Position numbers and translations under genes: made by a program | The notes under the pieces: generated by a model | Seen by the model: the letters and a program-made list of their open reading frames with translations, nothing else | Database searches by the model: none | Told to the model about the DNA's origin: nothing | Shown here: piece after piece, positions 37,524 through 50,000 of the stretch | How positions within the stretch are numbered: position 1 is the first letter of the stretch | Layout of the letters: the number at the start of each line of letters is the position of its first letter | Source of the DNA: Octopus sinensis | Taxonomy: Eukaryota | Length of the DNA stretch: 64,000 bases | NCBI RefSeq assembly: GCF_006345805.1 | Contig: NW_021833226.1 | Location: 14,707 to 78,706, forward strand | Reading direction: 5' to 3'

Positions 37524-38289
37524 GTTCAATTATTTGGTGAAAAAATACCACCAATGCGACTTAAACCGTCCAAAGGACGGGTGCGTTTGCTAGTATGTAT
37601 GTGAATATATATATATATATATTATATATATATATATTATATATATTATTATATAATATAAGTGTGGTGTGTGTGTATACACGCGCACACACACACACAT
37701 ATATTTAGCCTTTCTTGAAGTCTGTGTTGAGTTGAGTTGACAGAGCTGTACTTAATAATTCCCGCGTCTTTAATCAAAACTTGCCATTTACTATGGTGAC
37801 AGCACTACCTCTCAATCTATCTTTCACACACACACACACACACACTCATACTCTCTCTCTCCCTCTCTTTGTCTATCTCACATAGTATTTCTCTCCTAAC
37901 AGCATCTTCTCTTCCCCTTCTATTCAAAGTGAAAGTCTTTTTTAAAGTCCGTGTTGCGTTGTCTACATGTTGAAAGACACAAAACACACACACCACACAC
38001 ACACATATACAGATACATACTCACAAAATCCACCAAAATAACTATAGGTACTACTTATAAGCATACATTCTTTTTAAGTATGTTGCGGTGTGTTGGTAGA
38101 CTTGCACTTAAAATTCCCCTGTATTAATTCAAAACTACCTACCTACGTACCAATCTCTCTGTCTATCTTTCATACACTCTATCTATCAGTGTATTTCTCT
38201 TCCAACAACAAATTTTCTCCTCCCCTTCTTCTAAAAATACATTGTGATGCATATTTCGATTTCTTCCTTTCTTTCCCTCCCTCGAATAT

Positions 38290-38341
38290 ATGTTGTGACG
38301 GACAGACAGACGAAGGTCCGCTTTTCTTTCATAATATAAGA
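38290..38341 (-). mobile_element. Possible Helitron 5' terminal fragment
   Basis: Minus strand reads A|TCTTATATTATGAAAG...GTCTGTCTGTCC, resembling the 5' end at 41976. No 3' CTAG end was found. Confidence 0.4.
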
Positions 38342-38419
38342 TTAGTGAGAAAGAGAATATCTATGACGAACCGTTACTTTGAAATCTATAATTTCTCCAC
38401 ACTAAATATAAATTCACAT

Positions 38420-38631
38420 TTACTCTTTTACTCTTTCACTCTTTTGTTTCAGTCATTTGACTGCGGCCATGCTGGAGCACCGCCTTTAGTCGAGCAAATC
38501 GACCCCGGGACTTATTCTTTGTAAGCCGAGTACTTATTCTATCGGTCTCTTTTGCCGAACTGCTAAGTGACGGGGCGTAACACACCAGCATCGGTTGTCA
38601 AGCATGCTAGGGGGACAAAACAGACACACAA

Positions 38632-38662
<31 letters not shown>

Positions 38663-38830
38663 CATATATACGACAGCTTCTTTCAGTTTCCGTCTACCAA
38701 ATCCACTCACAAGGCATTGGTCGGCCCGGCGCTATAGCAGAAGACACTTGCCCAAGATGCCACGCAGTGGGACTGAACCCGGAACCATGTGGTTGGTTAG
38801 CAAGCTACTTACCACACAGCCACTCCTGTA
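38420..38830 (-). mobile_element. Family B tRNA-SINE, full length
   Basis: Reverse-complement match to 31622-32070. Confidence 0.93.
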
Positions 38831-39171
38831 TATATAAGTATTTAAGTTCTTCAGGCCGAGAAGAAACCATGTGACTGGCATGCTTAAAATACAGTTTGTA
38901 AGTGGAAAAGTAAAAATAGACAAGTCTTTTCTTAAATGCAAGATGAAACTCTTTACTTTGGTCCACAATCCAATCATAGAGCTTTGTTAAAAACTAGTCA
39001 TTTGTCTATAGAAAGAATTCGTGGAATTAAACAAGAAACAGTGGATATTACACACACATATACACACACATACACACAAATGTAGATATATATATATATA
39101 TATAAATTTACACACATACATATATATTCATGTGTATATATATCTATGTGTACATACGTGTACACATACAC

Positions 39172-39215
<44 letters not shown>

Positions 39216-39259
39216 CAACATACACATATATATGTATTGTGTACACACACATTTGTATG

Positions 39260-39295
<36 letters not shown>

Positions 39296-39419
39296 CCAAC
39301 ATACATATATGCATGTTTAAATGCAAGCATACATGCGTATAGACATAACTACAAACACACATATGCGAACATGCATACATACACACACGTAAACCCCCAC
39401 ACACATACACACACACACG

Positions 39420-39455
<36 letters not shown>

Positions 39456-39837
39456 ATATATATATATATATAATCTATATAATATATATAGATATATATA
39501 TATATATATAATATATATATATATATACATATATATACACTAAAACACTAACACAAAAATATGTGAAAATGTGTGGTTAAATCATTCTCTTTGACGCCGC
39601 TGCAACAATAAGAGGTGCATCAGCAGCAGTAGCTGCAGCAACAGCAACAACAATAACCACAACTGCAACATCATCATCAGCAGCAGCAGAAACAGTAAAA
39701 AAGAAAACAGCAGCACCAACGAAAATAACAAAAATGTTCAAGTCTAGAATCAATAATAACAACAACGACAGCAATAATTAGCAAAGGAAGATCTGCAGCA
39801 ACAGCAATAGTAACATTGAGGAAACAAAGACTAAAAA

Positions 39838-41438
39838 ACCACCACCAACTCCACCACCACCACCACCACCACCGCCGCCGCCGCCGCTGCCGCCGCTGCC
39901 GCCGCCGCCGCCGCGCCGCCGCTGCCGCTGCCGCCGCCGCTGCCGCCGCCGCTGCGCCGCCGCCGCCGCTGCCGCCGCGCTGCCGCCGCCGCTGCCCCCG
40001 CCGCTGCCGCCGCCGCCGCCGCTGCGCCGCCGCTGCCGCCGCCGCTGCCCCGCCGCTGCCGCCGCCGCCGCTGCCGCCGCCGCGCTGCCGCCGCCGCCGC
40101 TGCCGCTGCCGCCGCTACCGCTGCCGCCGCTGCCGCCGCTGCCGCCGCTGCCGCGCTGCCGCCGCTGCCGCCGTTGCCGCCGCTGCCGCCGACGCCGCCG
40201 CCGCCACCACCACCACCACCACCAACGCCAACACCACCAACACCACCACTACCACCGCCACCACCCACCACCACCACCAACCACCACCGCCGCCGCCGCC
40301 GCCACCACCACACCACACCACCGCCGCTGCCCCCGCCGCCACCACCCACCACCACACCACCGCCGCTGCCGCCGCCGCCACCACCACCACCACCGCCACC
40401 ACCACCACACCACCGCCACCACCGCCGCCACCACCACCACCACCACCCACCACCACCACACCACCACCACCACCACCCACCACCACACCACCGCCACCAC
40501 CACCACCACCCACCACCACCACCATACCACCACCACAACCACCACCGCCGCCGCCGCCGCCACCACCACCACCACCACCACCACCACCACCACCACCACC
40601 ACACCACCATCACCACCATCCACCACCACCACCACCACCCACCACCACCACCACCACACCACCATCACCACCACCATCACCACCATCACCACCACCATCC
40701 ACCACCACCAACCACCACCACCCACCACCACCACCCACCACCACCATCACCACCACCACACCACCACCACCACCACCACCACCACCATCACCACCATCAC
40801 CACCACCATCACCACCATCACCACCACCACCACCACCCACCACCACCACCACACCACCGCCACCACCGCCGCCACCACCACCACCACCGCCACCACCACC
40901 ACCACCACCCACCACCACACCACACCACCACCACCACCGCCGCCGCCGCCGCCACCACCACACCACCACCACCACCACACCACCACCACCACCACCACCA
41001 TCACCACCATCACCACCACCACCACCACCACCACCACCAACCACCACCACCACCCCACCACCACCACCATCACCACCATCACCACCACCATCACCACCAC
41101 CACACCACCACCACCACCACCACCACCAACCACCACCACCACCACCCACCACCACCACCCACCACCACCACCACCATCACCACCATCACCACCACCATCA
41201 CCACCATCACCACCACCACCCACCACCACCACCACCCACCACCACCCACCACCACCACCACCGCCGCCACCACCACCACCACCGCCACCACCACCACCAC
41301 CACCTCCGCCACCACCACCGCCACCACCACCACCACCACCCACCACCCCACCACCACCACCATACCACCACCACAACCACCACCGCCGCCGCCGCCGCCA
41401 CCACCACCACCACCACCACCACCACCACCACCACCACA
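39838..41438. repeat. 1.6-kb (GCC/GCT)n then (ACC)n trinucleotide tract
   Basis: GCC-rich at about 39862-40205, ACC-rich thereafter; source of the 559-aa and 422-aa ORFs. Confidence 0.97.
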
Positions 41439-41975
41439 GTAAAATATGTGATTTTCCAAAAAGAAGCTAAATTACATTCATTCAAATCTCATTAATCAAT
41501 TGAACAAAAGATCTTACAACATACCCTTGATCCTGCTCTACGCGTGTATGATCGTGTGGTGTGTGTCTATTCACATACATACCTATGTATGTATATATGT
41601 ATGTATTTATGTATGTATCAGCACACTGTGCACAACACCCACACATACATGCGCTCACACAGGCACACACACACACAAATATCACAACGACGGCGGCACA
41701 CACACATATTTATGTAGATGCATGTAATATGTATCGGCAACCATACTTGTACAATCTATTGTCAAGTGAAAATAAAGTGGAAATAGGATAAAGACGATCG
41801 CAGATTCTCATTATTTCATCTCTTCTCACATTCTACATCACTCTATTCAATTCAACTTTACTCATCACTCTACTGAACTCAACAAAACTCTGCTCATCAC
41901 TCCACCGAAATTAACTAAGTTTCATTTAAACCGAATTATTCGTAACGCTTATTCCATGCCATACTCCTCAATTTA

Positions 41976-42475
41976 TCTTTATATATAAAAGTGAAGTTGT
42001 GTGTCTGTCTGTCTCCTACGATTTAGATTCCTAACTACTCCCACATTTTGCGGTGCAGTTTAACCAAAACCGGGTATCTTATAGTCGTGATTCATATCGA
42101 GCCCTTCTGGGTATTAGCGCGCGTCTATGATGAGTCTACGATTTAAAAAAAAAATTACCATCATTTTTTTCCATTTTAATGCATTTTTCGCTATTATATA
42201 AGGGAAGTAACTCTCTAAAAATGTCTACGATGAGTCAACGATTTAAAGAAAATTTACCATCATTTTTTCCATTTTAATGCATTTTTTCGCTATTATATAA
42301 GGGAAGTAACTCTCTAAAAATGTCTACGATGAGTCAACGATTTAAAAAAAATTTACCATAATTTTTTTTTTCCATTTTTAATGCATTTTTTGCTATATTT
42401 TGGCTATAACTCTCTAAAAATGCTTATATAGTTATTTCCCTTACAAACCCGAGCAACACCGGGCGATACTGCTAG
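41976..42475 (+). mobile_element. Complete 500-bp non-autonomous Helitron
   Basis: Inserted between A (41975) and T (42476); 5' TC, 3' CTAG, subterminal hairpin CCCG-AGCAACAC-CGGG, no TSD; internal tandem duplication of about 110 bp. Confidence 0.9.
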
Positions 42476-42641
42476 TGTCAATATAAATATATTATGCCTC
42501 TACTCTATGCACTATAGTTCCACTCTACTCTGTCTGTTGCTACTCCACTCCTCTCTTTATTATTATACTCCACTCCATTCCACTCTGTATAATTCCACTT
42601 GAATCTGCGGTTTATGTTTCCGATTTTCAAAAGGTAATGAA

Positions 42642-42701
42642 TCTTGGAGCAAGTATGCTCTTGGAGCAAGTACACTCTTGGAGCAAGTACGCTCTTGGAG
42701 C
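42642..42701. repeat. 17-bp minisatellite x3.5
   Basis: TCTTGGAGCAAGTA(T/C)(G/A)C at 42642, 42659 and 42676, partial at 42693. Confidence 0.95.
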
Positions 42702-42999
42702 TCCAAAATGCAACCGAATATGTAGGTTGTCTTATTTCTGTGGAAGACATCACACTTGTGATTAGTAGCTGCCCAAGAATGTCATCAAGGTACTACCCCC
42801 ACCCACCTATGCGACACGATATACAATGTCATTCGGGAAAAAAATGACCGTCCTGCAATAAATATAGAGAAACCCATTGTTATTGAATACATACACAGAC
42901 ATCAACACAAGAAATACATGTGGAACATTCCCATCGGAACTTTTGTCCAATATAAATATAATACCGAATATTGATGTTTGGGACAGATAGGGAAAAGTC

Positions 43000-43085
43000 A
43001 CCTGCCCAAGGTACCACATGGTGGGACTGAACCCGGAACTATATGACTGGTTAGCAAACTTATTACCACACTGCTACGCCTATGA
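43000..43085 (-). mobile_element. Family B SINE head fragment
   Basis: TGCCCAAGGTACCACATGGTGGGACTGAACCCGGAACTATATGACTGGTTAGCAAAC. Confidence 0.75.
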
Positions 43086-43599
43086 CTTAGAACATTTTTA
43101 CTCCACTTTTAATACATTTTGCTTTTTTATTTATGCTTTGTTTTAATTTAATCCATTTTATATCCGAACCATTTATAAAATTAAGTTTGATATCTTTTAC
43201 CACAATTAATATTTATATTTTTACAAGATTAGCAATTTTTATTTTCATAAGTATTTCCAAATTTATAATTTATAATTTTCATTATATTTTTATCAAATGA
43301 TTTTTAACGTATTTTTCTTCAAATAAAGTGGTGTCCATATGATCGTTTGGGGTCCACATAAGATTTTGTTGTTAAAATTAATCTGCAATGAATAGGATAT
43401 ATATCTATAAAACACGAAATATTTTAACAATCTTTATATTTTTAAACAATTACACTGTTTAATTACACTGTGTATTACAATTTTTGTCTTTGGGTAGCAA
43501 CAGTGATTTCCTATTTGCTTATCCTTAGACAGTATGAAAAGTAGCAAATATCTCCTTTAAACTTTGCTTTTTTAATATTTATTTACCCACTCCCACCTC

Positions 43600-43760
43600 A
43601 AAAAATCCCTCTCAATTCATGGCTATGACGCTCCCCACTCTACTGCTGCTCATGATCAGAGGTGCACATATTGTCAGCCACTGAGGGACATGCTCAAGAG
43701 GTTACTGTCAAGCAACTGACGAGAAAATCTGTGGTATTGAGCAGAATATTTGCTATAACG
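43600..43760 (-). mobile_element. Family E repeat fragment
   Basis: ATGGCTATGACGCTCCCCACTCTACTGCTGCTCATGATCAGAGGTGCAC...GTGGTATTGAGCAGAATATTTGCT. Confidence 0.7.
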
Positions 43761-45266
43761 TTATTTCAGCTTCGGCAACTCAGCGCTGAACTTGAAATGT
43801 AATGGAGAAATAGGTCAATTTCAAAACATTGAGGTTCATGTCACAAAAGTAAAGATCGAAAGGAATCGCAGTCGTTTCCTTTGATTTTCAGATAGAAACC
43901 AATAGGAAATAACATTTACTGACCAAAGACGGGAAAAACAATTTTGTTACACAATGTTACAAAGATTTTATAGAGTCTTTTAAACATCGAATTGGCAGTG
44001 AGGGAACCCCAGTGAAATAGAGATGAAAAGGGTTCACAGGTAAAAAAAAAAAAATGGTAAAGAACTTTTGACTTAAATGTTCTTCTCCTTTTATCATCTA
44101 CGTCGCCATTTAAGGTTCATCAGCCAGTTTTTCCTTTTCTTTATCCAGCTCAGTTCATTGTTCCATAGAATTAATGTAACATAAATGCATATATGCAAAT
44201 AAAGAACATAAATGGATTACGGTTCACTACAGCCGTTTCAGACACGTTTTCTTTATCTGTTGTTGATGTGTTTGTGTGTGTGATCGTGTATTTATATCTG
44301 TGAGTGACCCAAAGTGCGAATATGAAGAACAAGAAGACATTTCCTTTAGGGTGTTGACCGATGATCATAAGGGTTGTAGGCTCGATTCCCAGACTAGGAA
44401 ATCATTGTACCCTTGGACAAAGCACTTCACTTCCCGTTACTCAATCTAGTTTTCTCAGCTGAAAATAAGTACAAACACGTTGCTGATGCAGACCTTCTCT
44501 CTCTCCTTCTGTCACATTCTGAGTGTTCCAGCGAGGAAATGGTGGTGGGTCCGAGAGTTAGCCCGTGTCTACTCGTGACTACTTAGGCGCCTAAAACAAT
44601 TATCGAAAGCATAGTACATGCTAGTAAGTGATACTCACTTGCGAGTGACGGCTGTTATTACGTTTTTCGTATTTTTAAATATATTTTATATATTTCTTTG
44701 ATAAATTCACAGAAATATATATTTACATAGAAATATATTTTTTATTTGCTATACACACACACACACACACACACCCACACACACACACACACGCACATAT
44801 ATATGTTATAATGTACTTAATTCATAGAATATATAATTCATGGAAATGTATACGTTTATAAATTTATATTTTGTTTATCACATACTTTTATGGTTTATTT
44901 TTTCTTTCATCAGATACGAAAAGATATATCCAAAATAATAAAATAAATACGTACTCTATACCCGAACGCTCATAAACGAAATACAAGAAATATGACGGCT
45001 ACACCTATCGTTCAATAATGATCTAGCTTTCTATCCAAACATTTTTTTACACGGAAGAAGCTATGTCTATTACTGGTGGTACTTAATCATTTTGGTGACA
45101 GTGTTTTGTGTGGCAGATATTTGTAGAACAAACCAGTTTCCAAATGTACCGAGTGTACTTTCGTTTGCCATCAATCTTCATTGTCCATTCTCTTTCGTTC
45201 CATTCTTCTCTCTTTCCCTCCCTCTCACTCTCTCTCTCCCTCCGTCTCTCTCTCTCTCTCATCTCC

Positions 45267-45300
<34 letters not shown>

Positions 45301-45489
45301 CCGTCTATTTCTCTTCTCTCATACACTCTTTCTATTGACATCGTAACAACTGATCGAAATAAATTTAAGCGCGAAGTCAAATTTTCTGAATGCGATCAAG
45401 AATAAATGTAGTAACTTATACTGTAAAACACACACACACTCACAGACACAGACACAGACACATACACAAACACACACACACACCATACA

Positions 45490-45702
45490 CAGCCGTTCAA
45501 GAATTTGGACCTGGAGATCTCCTTTCTAGCGACTTCGAAGGGCCACCTCCCAGTGGTGTTGGGCGTAAACGAAGAGCCCTCCACTACACCAAGACGACCA
45601 AAGGTTTTTTTTCCAAGGTCTCTGGGGTCTCCCGCCCCTAAGCCTATACCATCACCTAATCACCCTTACCCGTCTTGTTACTTAACAACAACAACAACAA
45701 CA

Positions 45703-45770
<68 letters not shown>

Positions 45771-45985
45771 ACACACACACACACAGCCGTTCAAGAATTT
45801 GGACCTGGAGATCTCCATTTCTAGCGACTTCGAGGGCCAGCTCGCAGTGGTGTCGGGTGTCAACGAAGAGCCCTCGACTACAAGACGACCAAAGATTTTT
45901 TTATCCCAAAGTCTGGGTCTCTCGCCCCTAAGCCCTAGACCATCACCTAATCACCCTTACCCGTCTTGTTGCTTAACACCAACAC
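45490..45985. repeat. Diverged tandem duplication (294-bp period) of a ~195-bp GC-richer unit separated by (CA)n
   Basis: CAGCCGTTCAAGAATTTGGACCTGGAGATCTCC at 45490 and 45784; TCACCTAATCACCCTTACCCGTCTTGTT ends both units. Confidence 0.9.
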
Positions 45986-46718
45986 ACACACACTACATAC
46001 ATTGGTGCTGTGCAATTCAAATCAACCACAGTTATACCGTGGTAGAGAAAACTGGCCAAGAAGCTTATGCTATATGCCATCAAGTCTACTAATTTCATTG
46101 GATTTACCAACGGATAAGTCACGCCAACAAAAATGCCCTTCCAGTCTAGAAGACTTCGGTTTCGAAAATATTTAAGTTTCTCAATCAATAAATTCCAACG
46201 GCAGACACCGATGGTTTCTGGAGCACATCTCGAAGAATGCTGTTTTGCTAATGGCCAGCGATATGTAAGGCTAAAATCTTGGAAGCCATCATATTCTCTT
46301 TGTGCTTCTGTTGATGACAGCGAAAGCATAGGGGTGCTGACATGGCTATTTTCAGAATTACTGAGGCAATAAGATACAGAACTAATATCATACAAGCTGG
46401 GGCTCCTCATAACTTGTAATATCATTTCTGCATGTATTGCAGTTCCATTATTTGGATGTCTGGGTTTCCTCTGAGTTCTTCACTTTCCACACGTTACGGG
46501 AATTAAATAATTTCAAGAAAAAAGTATACTATGTTCAATAGTAGCTTCAACTGAAATAAAACTGTTTTCACATTTACTTAAACCTGTGTTCTTGCTTTAA
46601 TTAAAATATATATCAGTTACATATTTAAATTAAGAAATCTACAACTGATATCAAGCGCCTATCAGTTGCAGAGTTCATTATACTTTTACACATATCTGAG
46701 CTAAGCCGGGTATTCTGC

Positions 46719-46772
<54 letters not shown>

Positions 46773-47040
46773 GGAAAATTTACGAAAATAAACAAAAGAC
46801 GAAGGCAGGTGGAGTACAAACAAACAAATGTATTAGAGTAGCGCTCAGGAATAGAAATAGAAAAAGTCTTTTACGTTTCGAGCCTACGCTCTTCGACAGA
46901 AAGATACACAGAAAAAGCAAGGAGAGAAACAAGGAGAGAAAAAAAACACTTCTGATACGTGGCACTTGATCAAAAAGGGAGATCAACCAGGGAGTTCGAT
47001 GCCGCTGCCCGCATCATATATATATATATGTATATATATA

Positions 47041-50000
47041 TAACTTCCGGGAAGTTTGATCGATAACTGACTGGGAATTTCCCAGGAGTTTCTAACTTCC
47101 ACGAAAATTGGTTGATAATTTCTTGTGAAGTTCCGAGGATTTTCAGTCTTCCGTGAAATTTGGTCGAAAACATCCTGGGAATATGCGAGGATTTTCTAAC
47201 TTCCTGGAAATTTCGTCGAATACTGCATGGGAAATTCCCACGATTTCTAACTCCCGGGAAATTTGGACGAAAACTTTCTGGGAAGATTCGAGGATTGTCT
47301 AACTTCAAAGAAGTTTGGTCGAAAACTGCCCGGGATGTGCCGAGGATTTTCTAACTTCCCGGAATTTGTCCGAAAACTTTCTGGGAAGTTCCAATAATTT
47401 TCTAACTTCCTGGAAAATTAATCGAAAAGTTCCTAGGAAGTTCCGAGGATTTTCTATCTTCTGGGAAATTTGATCGAACACTTAGTGGGAAGATCCGATG
47501 ATCCTCTAACCTCCTGGAAACATTGGTCGAAGACTTACTGGGAAGAGCCGATGATAGTCTAACTTCCGGGATACTTGGTTGAAAACTCCATGGGAAATTC
47601 CGAGGATTTTCAATCTTCCGAGAAATTTGGTCGAAAACTTACTGGAAAGATACGAGGATTTTCTAAACTCCAGGAAATTAGGTCGAAAACATCATGGGAA
47701 ACTTCGTCGAAAACAGCCTGGGAAATCCCAAGGATTTTCTAACTGCCGAAAAGTTTGGTCGAAAATCCCCGGGAAATTCCGAGAATTTTCAAAGTTCCGG
47801 GAAGTTTAATCGAAGTTCCGAGGATCTTCTAACTTTCGGGAAATTTAGTCGAAAACTTCCTGGGCAATTCTGAGGATTTTCTAACGCCCGGGAAGTTTGG
47901 TCGAAAATTTCCCGAGAAATTCCGAGGATTTTCTATTTTCCGGGAAGTTTGGTCCAAAACCGCCTGGAAAGTTCCGAGGATTTTCTTACTTTCGGGAAAT
48001 TTGGTCGAAAACTGCCTTGGAAATTCCAAAGATGTTCTAACTTCCGGGAAGTTTGGTCGAAATTTCGAGAATTTTCGGTCTCCGGGAAATTTGGTTGAAA
48101 ACTTATTGGGAAGATCCGAGTATTTTCTAACCTCCGGGAAATTCGATCGAAAACTTCCAGTGAAATCCCGAGGATTTTGTAACGTCCGGGAAGTTTGGTC
48201 GAAAATTTCCCGGGAAATTCCGGGTATTTTCGATCTTCCAGGAAATTTGGTCGAAAACTTATTGGGAAGATCCGAGGATTTTCTAACCTCCGGGAAATTT
48301 GGTCAAAAACTTCCTGGGAAGTGTCGATGATTGTGTAAGGAAATTTGGTCGAAAACTGCCTTGGAAATTCCAAGGATTTTCTAATTCCGTGAAGTCTGGT
48401 CGAAAATTTTCGATCTTCCGAGAAATTTGGTCGAAATCTTCCTGGGAAGTTTCAAGGATTTTTTAGCATCCAGTAAGTTTGATCGAAACCCGTCTGGGAA
48501 GTTCGGATATAATCTAACTTCCGGGAAGTTTGGTTGAAAAATGCCATGGAAATTTTGTAGAAAACTGCCATGGAAATTCCGGGAAGTTTGGTCGAAAATT
48601 TCATGGGAAATTCCGAGGATTTTCTCGTAAAATTTCGTCGAAAACTTCCTGGGAAGTTCCGATAATTTTCTATATTCAGGGAAATTTGGTCGAAAACTGA
48701 CTTGGAAATACCAAGGGTATTCTAACAACCGCGAAGTTTGGTCGAAAATTTTCAGGGAAATTCCAAGGATTTTCTAACGCCCGGGAAGTTTGGTCGAAAA
48801 TTTCATGGGAAATTCCGAGCATTTTCAAACTTCTGGGAAGTTTGGTCGAAAATTTTCTGGAAAGTCCCGATGATTTTCTAACCTTTGGCAACTTCCAGGG
48901 AAATTCCGAGGATTTTCTAACGTCCGGGAAGTTTGGTCGAAAATTGCCCGGGAAATTCCGGGTAATTTCGATCTCTCAGGAAATTTGGTCGTAAACTTAT
49001 TGGGAAGATCCGAGGATTTTCTAACCTCCGGGAAATTTGGTCAAAAACCTCCTGGGAAGTGCCGATGATTGTGTAAGGAAATTTGGTCGAAAACTGCCTT
49101 GGAATTTCCAAGGATTTTCTAATTCCGTGAAGTCTGGTCGAAAATTTCCTGGGAAGTCTGGTCGAAAATTTCCTAGGATTTTCTAGCTGTCGTGAAATTT
49201 GGTCGAAAACTTCATGGAAAGTTCCGAGGATTTTCGAACTTCTAGGAAGTTCGGATATTATCTAATTTTCTGCAAGTTTGGTCGAAACCGCCTGGAAAGT
49301 TCCGACGATTTTCTAACTTTTGGGAAATCTGATCGAAAACTTCCGAGCATTTTCTAAAGTCCGGGAAGTTTGGTCGAAAATTTCCTGAGAAATTCCGGGG
49401 ATTTTCGATATTCCAATAAATTGGTCGAAAACTTATTGGGAAGATCTGAGGATTTTCTAACCTCGGGAAATTTGTTCAAAAACTTCTGGGAAGTACGATG
49501 ATTGTGAACTTCCGGAATTTTGGTCGAAAATTTCCTGCCAAATTCCGCAGATTTCTCACTGTCATAAAATTTGGTCGAAAATATCCTGGGAAATTCAAGG
49601 ATTTTCTAACGCCCTGGAAGTTTGGTCGAAAATTTCATGGAAAGTTTCGAGGATTTCTAACCTTCGGGAAATTTGGTCTAAAACTGCCTTGTAAATTCCG
49701 AGGATTTTCTAACTGTCATGAAACTTGTTCGAAAAGTTCCTGGGACGTTCTGAAGATTTTCGATCTTCCGAGAAATTTGGTCGAAATCTTCCTGGGAAGT
49801 TCCAAGGATTTTTTTAGCATCCAGGAATTTTGGTCCAAACCCGTCTGGGAAGTTCGGATATAATCTAACTTCCGGGAAGATTGGTCGAAAACCGCCTTGA
49901 AAGTGCCGATGATTGTCTAACTTCCGGGAAATTTGGTCGAAACTGCCATGGAAATTCCGGAAAGTTTGCTCGAAAATTTCATGGAAAATTCCGAGGATTT

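Noticed and set aside
39816-41495. 559-aa and 422-aa Pro/His/Thr/Ala-rich ORFs
   Set aside because: Translation of a GCC/ACC tract that is stop-free in several frames on both strands; no domain, splice or codon evidence.
45973-46480. 150-aa minus-strand ORF and a WNCNTC (PHD-like) peptide in another frame
   Set aside because: The remaining Cys/His ligands are absent and stops follow immediately; no family recognised.
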